A DNA stretch of 63,721 nucleotides, counting the filler, from Atractiella rhizophila (Eukaryota), in assembly GCA_021432655.1 (NCBI GenBank). It is 5 parts of 5 records of this genome, joined end to end, with 100 filler letters (N's around TTAATTAATTAA, not from the genome) between each part and the next. Parts side by side here need not be neighbours in the genome. Positions count along the whole stretch, not along the records: positions 28,835 to 46,784 come from MU271441.1; positions 46,885 to 56,574 come from MU271447.1; 3 more parts are not named here. The stretch is one strand, 5' to 3'. Shown in pieces: positions 38,377-48,967 of this stretch. The position numbers were made by a program, and so were the translations under genes. Below the pieces are notes generated by a model. That model ran no database searches, had not been told where the DNA came from, and was given only the letters and a program-made list of their open reading frames with translations. The number at the start of each line of letters is the position of its first letter. The first letter of the stretch is position 1.

Positions 38377-41300
38377 ATGGCACAACCACGAATCCTTCGT
38401 TGCTGGGTGCCGGGCTGTCTTCATGATTACTTTGGGAGACGGGACCAAGATGTGAGGCGGCACGTCGCACTCGCACATCCAAATTATCGTCCTGAGGATG
38501 CTCAAGTACCGGGCCAATTTGCTGTGGGTGAAGCGGGAGACCACGCTGAAGTTGCGGTGGTACAACAAGCTGGCATGCTAGACGGGGAAGGTGACATCGT
38601 GATGAGAAATGGTGGTGCCGGGCAAGATTTGGGATGGAATGAGGACGAGGGGAGATTCGAAACATTGCCTGATATTGACCAGGAGGAGGATGGATGGCAT
38701 GCACGAGCTGTACGTCGAAAATTCATTCCTGGTGGTAAGATTCTTGTCGTCTGCTTTGTGCGTCATGTGTTGAGTAGTGTTGGAGGGAGAAGATACCGAA
38801 AAGATGGTACTCCAGCGGTTCGCGGTGATCCTCCAGAACCTGATCCGTTAGAGGAGGCCAATGCGAGAAATCATGGATGGTGGCCCTTTGAAGATAAGCG
38901 TCAGCGAGATGCGGCAATGTTTAGATTGAACTCAAAAGGGGTCGTGCTCAGCGTTGAACGGACAAAAGAGTATCTTGACTTCTTAGAGGAGCATTTTAAT
39001 TACCGTCCTTTTCAAGACAGGCAAAAGCTATTCGATGTCATTGCTCAAGTGCCTGGAGCAGAAGACTTTAAATGGCATGAGACCATTGTCAACGTCAATG
39101 TCAGCGAGATCCGTAAAAGATTCCCCAACGGAGAACTGCCAGAATATATGCAAGAGAAGTATGTCATTCGGCATCGGGACCTGAAGAAGGTCCTGACAAG
39201 GACCCTTAGCGCTAGGGGTCTTCATGGCCATGTGCAGTACAATGCCTTTATTGACATTGACATCGAGGGAAAGGAGGTCTACAGCTCCATGGCCTCTGCA
39301 AATTCGTGGAGACGACTGCAGGTTTGTCGAATCCTTTTCGATGCCTTCCCTCAATGGATATTTCGTTTGCAGAGATTGCATGGCTCAGATGCAACTATAA
39401 TGCCTTTGAAAGTTGCTTCAGATAAAACTCTCCTTGCAGCTCAGAAAGGGAATGCAGAGTTCTATCCCATTTACATCTTGCCAGGCAATATTGATGAAGA
39501 TGTTGCTTATCTGCACCACCTCAGATACTTCATGCTTGCAGCTGGAGTCCCACTCATCCGTGGTAACTAGTTTAATTCAGCCCCATATTTATCTCACAAC
39601 AATTGTAGGAGCAACGGATGCAGAAAAGCGCACTGAGGAGTACCGAATCTTCACGCGGGCACTCGTCACTCAAGCTTTCCAAGTTGCATTGTCGGAGCCA
39701 CTGCAAGAACTAGAAGAGGCTGGGATCTTCACAAGATGTCCTGATGGATACTACCGGCGCTTTTTCCCTCAGATAGTCGCTCATCTGGCTGACTATATGG
39801 AAAAGACCTTCCTTGCACTCCTCTATGATGGGTGGTGTGATCGCTGCCTCGTCGATCCCTCTGATAAAGGGAAAGATGGGCAGTGGCCGCTACGCCATGA
39901 AAAGCAGCGTAGGGAAACATTGGCTACTGGATGGCCAGAGGCACAACTCAAGCAGGCAGGGCTACGTCCACTATTGCCTTACACTGACAATCTACGATTG
40001 ACCGACATGCACAGTATTCTTGTTTCAGACATTCTTCATCAGCTTCTCAAAGGAATATTTCTCCATCATATAGTTCAATGGGTTCTCAGACTTATCGAAC
40101 TCGAACATCAAGAACGGCGTGGACCAGGCATCTCAGAGCTGGAGAGGCGACTGAAGTTTATGCCAGCTTTTCCTGGTATCCGTGCATTCTACACTGGACT
40201 AAACTTCTCGCGCTGGTCTGCAGGAGACGCTGAACAACTCGCAGCTATCTTTGCACCAGCGATTTATGGTCTCATTCCAACTCCAGCTATGCGCTGCACA
40301 GTTGCATTACTTGAGTTTATCTACTTCGCCAAACTTCCTGTCTTTGGTGCCGTCGAACGTGAAGGGTTACAGCAAGTGAAGTCACGGTTCTTTGCTGATC
40401 TGCCAGCTTTTGCTCGTGTCCGTATTGGTAAAGACGGGGAAGATAAAGGGTTTGACAACATTCCAAAGATTCATTCATTGCATCATTACGACGTTGACAT
40501 TGCCAATGTTGGACCGGTAACTTTTGTCAGCACAGAGTACTCAGAAAGTCTTCATTCCATTGACCTCAAAGATCCATTCAGAGGGACGAACAAGAACAAC
40601 GCAGACACCCAGATTTTGAACCGAAACTTCTTGCAAGATGCATTCCAACTCAAAACTGCCTATCTTGAAGATGTTGGCTTACTTCCAAGCGAGGCAGCTC
40701 GACCTCGAGGGGCGAGACATGTTGATTATGGAAGCACAGTAGGAGTTTTCATGGCAAAAACTCCAGGTAAGCTTTGGTTCTCAACAGCTCCAAAAGCTCA
40801 TACATGGCATAGAGGAAGGATACCCAATGCCAGTGTTGCAAGCAATCGAGAAGGAACGACTCTTCTACCTTTGCTACCACATTGGCTGCTTTCTAAAGTC
40901 ACTGGAAATGGGAGAGTATGTTGGCTACGAACATGATGACCAGTTGCCCGATTTTCAGGGTTCCATTACGCGTTTCGGAGCTGTTACCTCTATCTGGAGG
41001 AATCTTGCAGCTTTCACAAAGGCGAAACCACTCATCAAGTATTCTATTCGGGCTAAGGACTCTTAGTACGCTCGAGATATGCCAGGATCCAGCAACGATG
41101 CTTCTGAGCGCTTCGACTGCATTGTGATTCGTGAGAAGCGGGCAACAGCAAAGCGTCATTTCCGCCCTGCACAGGTTCTCCTTTTCAGTCTCGAGGACAG
41201 CGGCACGAACTCGCTTTTGTGCAGTACCTCAACTTTGTGGGACATGATGTTGACCCTTCCACACGCATGTGGAAGCTCAAAATTGCTGAAGTCTCCGTCA

Positions 41301-41485
41301 ATCGTGAATGAGTTCAGGATGTGGAGGTGCTTCCCATCGACCGCATCATTCGACAGGCACATGTCACTCCCATCTTCAAGGCAGAGACTCCTCGCGATCA
41401 AAACCGCTCAAACATTCTGGAAAGCCACCGAGAAGCTTGGCTTAACAAGTTCTCAGATCAAGACGCCTCTTTGCGCTTCATTTGA
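38377..41485 (+). pseudogene. Plavaka transposase, multi-exon, C-terminus disrupted
   Basis: N-terminal C2H2 finger (CWVPGC...HVALAH). Core motifs ASDKT, YPIYILPGNI, CPDG, ADYME, WCDRC, DILHQLLKG, NIPKIHSLHHY and STEYSESLH. C-terminal LAFVQY...IDRIIRQAHVTPIF...NKFSD. In-frame TAG at 41064-41066, a frameshift near 41185 and TGA at 41309-41311. Confidence 0.9.
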
Positions 41486-42219
41486 GAAATTGTAAGTTGC
41501 TGGGCACGTTCGCAACGCAACAACTAGCGCTGAGTCCACGTAGGTAGAAAGGATGAGAAAGGAAATACATTCATGCTTGATCCAAGCCTGCAGCCTGACC
41601 GAAACTCACCTCTTCCAAGCTTGAAGCTGACATAACATACCCTCTCACTTTCTCCATTTTAGAACACTCACCCGTGTTTATCCTCTCTGCCCATCCCACC
41701 ATATACTGCTTCCACACCGCAAATACCTCCTGCCGTTTGCCATTTACCCGACATTTTGTTCTCCCGACGAGTGTGAAACGAAAATTGTACTGGCATTAGA
41801 GTTGAGCGCGTTGGATAGCTTCGATGTCGCCTTCCTACTTTTCGCAATCTATAAGAGAACTTGGTGGTGGGAGAGGTATTCGAAGGAGATGAAGGGAAAG
41901 TCGATCGATCGGGTAGTTCAGAAATGGGGGTGACTCATAGCCAATGTGGGCTTGTTGATGCATGGTGCCAGCATCAGCATCACTGCCTCACCGGCTTCAC
42001 ATCTAATAACTGCATGTTTCAACGATACTTAATAAAACAAGTGAGCGATTTATTATTGCAAGTCATCGTGATGCTGCTCGCTACTGAGCTCCGCATAGCG
42101 CTATTAAGGATCGACCGCTAGGTACCACTCTATCACGAGGTCCTGTCATAGATGCCCGTGATGGCGAGAGGAATGTGCTGATGTTTCTTTTGATGCTCAG
42201 GTATGGTTAGCACATGAAT

Positions 42220-42495
42220 CTGTGACGATGTATGAAATTGTGCCTGGCCCACAGGCCGATGTGTTCCAAATCTGTGAAGTCAGTTCATAATATTTGCTCT
42301 TTCGTACGAAAGGTTATGTTTCTCGTACGAAAGGTTATGACTTCTCACACATTGTGTTCATTGACGTAACTTAAGGTTATTTCTCTCGTTCGAAAGGTTA
42401 TTTGCTCTCATACGAAAGGTTATTTCCTGTCTCGTACGAAAGATTATTTCCCTCATGTGAAAGGTTATGGCCCCTTGTACGAAAGGTTACTGTAT
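42220..42495 (+). repeat. Right inverted terminus: array of CTCGTACGAAAGGTTAT units
   Basis: Seven recognisable full units plus one partial between 42300 and 42490, with short variable spacers. Confidence 0.9.
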
Positions 42496-42645
42496 GTCAT
42501 TGTATATCCTGCAAAGCGACGAACCGAACCGTTTAGAACAAAGCAAGCTTTGGGGGCCGAAGGTTGAAAAAGAGAGCCCTTGAGAATTCGAATCATCCCA
42601 CATCTCATCAACATCTCCCCTTACCCTTATCACAGGCGGCTTTCT

Positions 42646-42786
42646 CTTGATTGTTCTGATGGCAATCGAGGCAGACAGATGTTCTGCCTAGGATCATCTA
42701 CATTGTGCTAGGACTTGTAGATGGTGTTGATCGACAGAGCTTCCCAACAGCGGCTTAGGCCTTGATTGTCCTGATGGCAATCGAGG
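42646..42786 (+). repeat. 26-bp direct repeat pair CTTGATTGTYCTGATGGCAATCGAGG
   Basis: Copies at 42646-42671 and 42761-42786 with one mismatch. Confidence 0.9.
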
Positions 42787-42879
42787 TACGTGCACTACTT
42801 TAGGAGATCTCTCCCATATCCTTTAGTCTTGCGGCTCAAAGAAGCCTGGACCCCCATCCGCCATCTCGCGTAGACGCTC

Positions 42880-42951
42880 CAGAATCGAGTTCGATTAAGG
42901 TATCAGAATCGAGTTCGATTAAGGTATCAGAATCGAGTTCGATTAAGGTAT
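42880..42951 (+). repeat. Perfect 3 x 24-bp tandem repeat CAGAATCGAGTTCGATTAAGGTAT
   Basis: Three identical adjacent copies, each containing the dyad AATCGA-GT-TCGATT. Confidence 0.95.
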
Positions 42952-43952
42952 CGTTACTCAAATTGGATTTCGAGAACGGACTCACCTTTGCCACTTGGCG
43001 GCTTTTAGCAACCCTTCAATATATTGACGAGTCGGAGTCGGTCGGCGTTAACATTAAAAAGGTCAAACGGATAAGGGGATAACCGAGTTCCGAACATAAA
43101 CTCAAGGTTAAACTTTCCCCAGCACCGCAACCACAAGCCACGAACCACCCCAGTCGGCTCTCTTTGAGGCTTACGAGACCGAGAATTGAAGACCAGATTC
43201 ACGGCCTTCGAGACCGTGCCCCAGCCAATTCTCAAAGCAGCTCTGAATTCGTGAATTGGCAGTGCGGTCTTGGGAAAGGCGAATTCCAAAATAGGAAAGC
43301 ACTGAAGGCGGGAAGGCACCTCTATATCTGCCTCAATATTCGTCGTATCCCTCTGCTGCTATCCCCTAAAGAGTGTCCTTTATATTCACCCTGAATTGTA
43401 CACTAAGTTGAAAATGCATGCCATCCCACGTCTCCCCTTCTCTCCCCTTTAGATTTCACTGCTGTGGCCATGCGAAGAAGAGAAGAAGCCAGCTGCAGCG
43501 TAAGACAGAGCATACAGATGGTAAGCCAGCACATCTTTCATTTGTGTTTGTGTGGAAATGTCTTCTATTGCAATAGTACTATATAATGTTCGTCTCTTCC
43601 TGACGGTCTCTGAGACTACTAGGAGGAAGAAAAGACACCTCGTCTAGCATTGGTAGGCATTAGACATATCCCCTTTTAAGCACGGGCCTCCGAAGGTTTG
43701 TGGCCTCTTCGAGCAGCAACAGTGCCTTTCCTAAAACATGACTTACATTTCTTTCATCACTGATGCCGTGTTATCAGTACTCAGTACTTAACTCTTCCAA
43801 TTGAGCCGTAACATGCCGTTGCATGATATCAATTCAATGTGATTTACTTCCTGAAAGCAGAAATAGACAGAATATGGCACGGCGTCGATTTGGACTGGAT
43901 CATCAAAGCCGTCATCAGTTCCATTCGGTAGGTAATATGAGAAGACATACCT

Positions 43953-46100
43953 TTAGTATCCCTCCAACCGTTGTTTCTTCCTACTACGTCCTGGTTTTTC
44001 CTGAAGGATGACATTACCTTGTTCTAGCTGTTCAATCAACACTTTTAGCCAGTTCTCATCTGCTCTTCGCAAACCAGCTTGCATGTGATGTACAAAGTCC
44101 TCCGCACTAAGCACGTCTGATTTTTTACAGTAGAAGCTCCATCCCTTGAAGATTTTGTCAAACTTTGCAACCGGCCATTCCTTGAAGTCTTGCTGCAATG
44201 CATTACCTGTATTTTGAATTTCCTAAGTTCACATTTGTAACCAAATGGGGACAAAGCGCAACTCACTGGCAAGCCGTTTCAACAACTTTTTTGCATAAGT
44301 TTCTTTTTCATCCCGATACTGGCAATCGTCTAACAAGTGGAGTTGATCTACACAATAAATCAGATGTCTGGTGGTGAGATAGAATTGTCAACTGACCTTC
44401 GTGCTTCCGCAAGTGGTACACCGGCTCTCTCTTGTTTACTGCCTCAGATCGTGCAATCCTGCTAGGGACGGTGTGTGGAGAATGTATATACGCTGCCATG
44501 TAGTTTAAAATTGAGAGACCATGGGTCATGCCCTTGGTTTGAATACAATTTTCCGTCAGGAGTGTGTTGACAAAGCTACTTGCATTGTCAGATGACGCTT
44601 CCATCTTGAATGCCCCATTTCGAGCCTGCGATGAAACGCAGAAAATGACGAATTCACAGTGGGCAGCAGCAGACACATTGTTGATCTAGAGACATTTGTG
44701 AACTGAGTGCAGTCATAATGGTGGCAGCGAATAGACTGACCTCTCTTTTTGCCTTCTGCATATAGGCTCTAGCTGTGCTCTCATCATCGGCATGTGACAC
44801 CTTGAAGCTGTGGAAGCTGCTTTCCGAAGCCGCTTTGATCTTCTCAGCCTGTAGAAACAGATGTTCTTCCCCCGCCTCAATGGCAGCAACTTTCAACTCT
44901 TCATACTTCTTGCCCAACATCTTCCCCCTATCGCCACCTCTGCGCATAGATCTGACTTATAAAACAATGTATTATCATATTTGTTCGCAGGATGGAGGTG
45001 AATAGCATATCACGTACACTCTTTGGATTGTGAAATTGTCTGGGCAGCCGGATGATACTTCACAAAGATGTTGTAGTCATTCAGTTTTGTCTGTACAACG
45101 CTAGTACGCTCTATTAGTACTGCCACCTTTCTCACTTGAGATAGAATCACTGACCTATAGTGTGGTGCACTGTCGGGATGTACACCAAGTTCAATGGCTT
45201 TGACAATCATCTCACGCTCTTGCCGCTCCCTCAAAGCTGAGAACTCCTCCCTTTGCACGTTATTCAACGACTGTTTATAACCCAACCCACGCGCAAAGGA
45301 TAGAAGGGCTGAATTCGTTGTGTTATCCAAGTCCACATGCTTTTCAAGATAATCAAGCCGTTCTTGACGAAATCGAGATTCGAGGCCGGCTGGAGCGTGG
45401 GACTTTGAACTGAGGTGGTGTGACATGGGTAGTGAGGAAGGTGCGCTTGCTTTGAGAGTGGAGAGTGGTTCTGCTGGCGAGGCAGAATTGGTAGATGGAT
45501 TTGTCGTGGGCTTGAGCGAATGTTTGAGGAAGGATCGCTGGGAATGAGAGGAATTTTCAACGGGTAGATTCGGTAAACCTGAGGAAAGGAAAGATGGTAT
45601 TTGGACTGATGAAGGAGTGGGAAGGGACTGTATATTGAGAGCAGATGAACCGGTACTCTTGTAGGAGTTCATGAAAGTTGGCATCGGCAGATAGGAGGTT
45701 GAAAGTGAAGGCGAATTAGCGATTGAAGAAGTTGTGGCCGTTACAGGGTGATCAGGGTCCTGATTAAATGCCATTCCCTTTTCCAGTGCGAAAAGAGAAT
45801 GACCGGCATCTTTCCATACATCAGAGACAAAAAAAGGATTGTCCACAACTGAATTAAAGAGGTGATTTGAATATTGATGAGTGTCATTTTGTGTAGCATA
45901 TGCTAGCAATTGTATCCGTTGACTTTTAGGATATCCCTTCAGCAAATGAGAAAAATACGCACAAAGTCTCTGATTAGTAGTGTTAAATCCATTTATACCT
46001 CCATTATTAGGCTCTGGACGATTACGTTCTCCCACTAACCGCTCAAATCCTTGACAACTTTCAGTAACAGGCCAGCAGTGATCATTCGATGTATTGTCCA
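43953..46100 (-). CDS. Multi-exon hypothetical protein, probably from a transposon-associated family; start uncertain
   Basis: Consecutive minus-strand ORFs separated by short GT-AG introns: S/P-rich region, ERQEREMIVKAIELGV, LNDYNIFVKYHPAA, GKMLGKKYEEL, FVIFCVSS, and a basic C-terminus. It resembles expanded rust-fungus hypothetical families (recollection only). Confidence 0.5.
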
Positions 46101-46784
46101 TGAATTTGAATATCCGAGGGATTGTCGTATCTAGATTGCATGTCAATATGCTGAAAGCTTGAGAGGATAGGGAATAACTCACTAGATATTAGAGACACGA
46201 AAAAAATACGCTGTAACGAAGCTATAACCGACCGATGGTATGTGTTAGAGTAAGTTAATGGTTCTTATTAATAAAAAGCGAATTCAAACTACTTATTAGG
46301 AAACTGTTACGCAAAGTAAAGAAGGATAAGTGGAATGGGTTTAGAGCATAGTGTGTTTTCGTGTAACTTTTGAACTTTCGTTATCGAACCGTCATGAATT
46401 TCCCGTTGTTCGCTCGCTACTGTTGACGGAACAGGTTGAGGAGAATTACGAGAAAAATCGATGCCGATTTTAACAATGTATAATTTCCATTCCTACTGAG
46501 GAAGAAGATAACTAATTATGGTAAACTCACAAGTGAAATGAAGGAATACTAAAAGTAATGGTGTTTCCTTAGCCACTCTCTAAATATATCGTAGACCGTT
46601 AGCCTATAGTAAGGTCGGCATCGATAATTGAGTACGTTTCATTTCAGCATGGTATAATCGTAAGTGTATACTTATAGACTAATAGAAATTCTTCGATTTG
46701 TAGAAACTTTTGTGCTTGAGGATCTGCACAGTATTAGTGCACTCGATGGGGAAAGAAAAGCAAGGCACGACTGATGTCGTTGGA

Positions 46785-46884
46785 NNNNNNNNNNNNNNNN
46801 NNNNNNNNNNNNNNNNNNNNNNNNNNNNTTAATTAATTAANNNNNNNNNNNNNNNNNNNNNNNNNNNNNNNNNNNNNNNNNNNN
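46785..46884. other. Artificial contig linker
   Basis: N44-TTAATTAATTAA-N44. Confidence 0.97.
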
Positions 46885-48016
46885 TGGGCCTTTCTACTGC
46901 ACAACAGTGCAAAGGTACAGGAGGCTCCGTCGCGCCATCCGAGCTTTCATGCTCTCAATAGGCTACCGACTGAATCGAGCGAGCTTTCGTGCTCTCCCGC
47001 TAGAGGAGAGTAAAATAAAGGTGGCAATCCTGTTCTGCCACTCGTTGCGCCGTCCCTTTAAGCGCGAGCACACGCCCATGCGCAGGCTGACAGCTCAGAA
47101 GTTCCAGGTTCCAATCCTCTCCCGATCCCAGTTCTCAGAATGGACACGCAACCGTCTTTCGAGCCTGTCAACTTCAGCTAAACAACAACTGCAAACATCG
47201 TCCGCATACCCTTCAATGGCTTCTAAAACAGATTTCTTACTGAGCTTACTATCTTGTCCCGCCCATAGCGCACCAAACAGAAAAAGGAACATTTGGCGTC
47301 AAAGCCTATAACCCTGGCTTTGCATATGTTCGCGCCGCAAATACTCGTCCTGTAATGAAAATCTATGGCTGAACCCAATATTAACTGATCCACAGCATTT
47401 TGCAATTCTGGCCATTGTATCACTGCACGTGACCGTGCACCTTGCGATCTGTAGAGAAAGGTGATGTATTGCATAACTTGGGGGACAAAGTAACCAGCAA
47501 CGTGTCTGACCGTGTGTGAATAAGTTGAATGGCTTAAGCGGAAAGGCAGGATGTTGCTCTGGCGTTTCCGGTGTGTGGTTCTTTCTCTGCTTTTCGCCTC
47601 GAAATCTCTCTTCTTTCTCCCGAGAACAGGGAACGTTGTGCAGTTGTTATGACATGACCTAGAATGCTTTAATCCTGTGCTATTACTTCTATCTCAAACA
47701 ACAGTATCGGTGGGGAGTTTCTCTCCTCAACTTCTTCGTACTCGATGGAGAGTCCCTCGCCTCCTCGCTGAGCAGCAATCTTTGAAAAGGAAGGATTCAT
47801 ATATCCTGGACATGCCTTGTCCCTCACAATGCTCTCAGAAGACATTAAACAGCTCTCTTCCACCTTTTGGATGGTGAGGACAGAATCAAAATCAAGGTCA
47901 TTTATTGTAATCCTGATGTCAAACCATACATGTTACATGTTCACCAGCTTATTTATGCTTATCATCCTTCCGATAGATCCAAGCCCTATTCATATTGCCT
48001 TTCTGATATCCTTCAA

Positions 48017-48482
48017 TCATGCCGCTCCAGAACAATCTTGGAACTGCACAAAACAAAACTGAGCTTCGTTCTTTTGCACAGGACATGGGATCTCTCGTAC
48101 CTTGATAGCCCCAACCTTTCCACTCGTCCATCCATGAGTGCTAGCGAAAGTAGGAGCATGAAAACAAGCCGGAGAGACTTCGAAGATCTTCACTCCGTTT
48201 GTGGATGCTTGACAGTTCGCGAGCGTTTCATACACTCTACCACAGACCTTCGTCCCGTTGAATATCTTACGAAGGTTGTAACAGGGAGCGACGTACGATG
48301 GCTGAGCTAGTAAACACCTGGAACGAGCTTCCAGTCAGAGCTTGGCATCCTGGCGTCACTTCTAAATCGATGAATCCAAAGCTGGACCCAGAGCAATCGG
48401 ATGAGCTAGACTGCAACAACTGCCATTTGGCCTGCGCGATGAAAGGAAGCGAGAACAGAGTGAATAGGTAAAAAAAGTGCAT
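48017..48482 (-). CDS. Small secreted cysteine-rich protein, 3 exons
   Basis: Signal peptide MHFFYLFTLFSLPFIAQA. Spliced reading ...DCSG...GCQALTGSSFQ|IFNGTKVCGRVYETLANCQA...PACFH...GAIK|FQDCSGAA* gives 6 Cys. Confidence 0.7.
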
Positions 48483-48967
48483 GGTTGCTCAACTGGCGCA
48501 GGGCTAGATGCAGGTCTCTTCTGTTCTTTCAAACCGCTCGCCCAGGCTTTTATCGTCTGGCGTTGGACCTAATCAAGCTCTCTGATGGTCAGCTCGTTAC
48601 CGAGTGAACCTGTTGTCAACGGTTGGGAAGCGTTGGGTCGCGGTATGATCTTTTTCGGTCAGCGTGGGCGATACCTTGCTCCGAGCAAGTGACAACGAGG
48701 AGGAAATGAGAAGGTCGAAGGGTCAGTGGAGAGGTAAAGGAGGAAAACGAAGGAGCACGCAGATTATCGTGGAGGTCAGTGATGAGGGTACCAGAGATGA
48801 TGAGTTAAGCATGGTTGCCCATTGCATTCGCTATAACTCTATTGAAAACAGGGGAAGAAAAAGGAAGCGTGTGAAACTGAAACTGGAAGTGGGTATCAAA
48901 ATCCAAAATCTTCTCGCGTGCTCTTTCACCTCGGAGCTCTAACTCTACCTGTTCTACATCACTTCGT

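Larger units (their letters stand above)
29138..42495. mobile_element. Candidate ~13.3 kb Plavaka-type DNA transposon with long imperfect inverted termini and cargo
   Basis: 29160-29305 aligns with the reverse complement of 42220-42490 (repeat array plus adjacent unique sequence). The interval contains a Plavaka transposase, a DUF6532-like partner gene and an F-box-like gene. No TSD was identified. Confidence 0.6.

Noticed and set aside
42300..42490. CRISPR-like repeat-spacer appearance
   Set aside because: Eukaryotic context, spacers of only a few bases, and no cas genes. It is better explained as subterminal TE repeats.
46885..47474. Fragmented minus-strand ORFs at the contig start, possibly a TE remnant
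   Set aside because: No recognisable motif, so no call can be supported.
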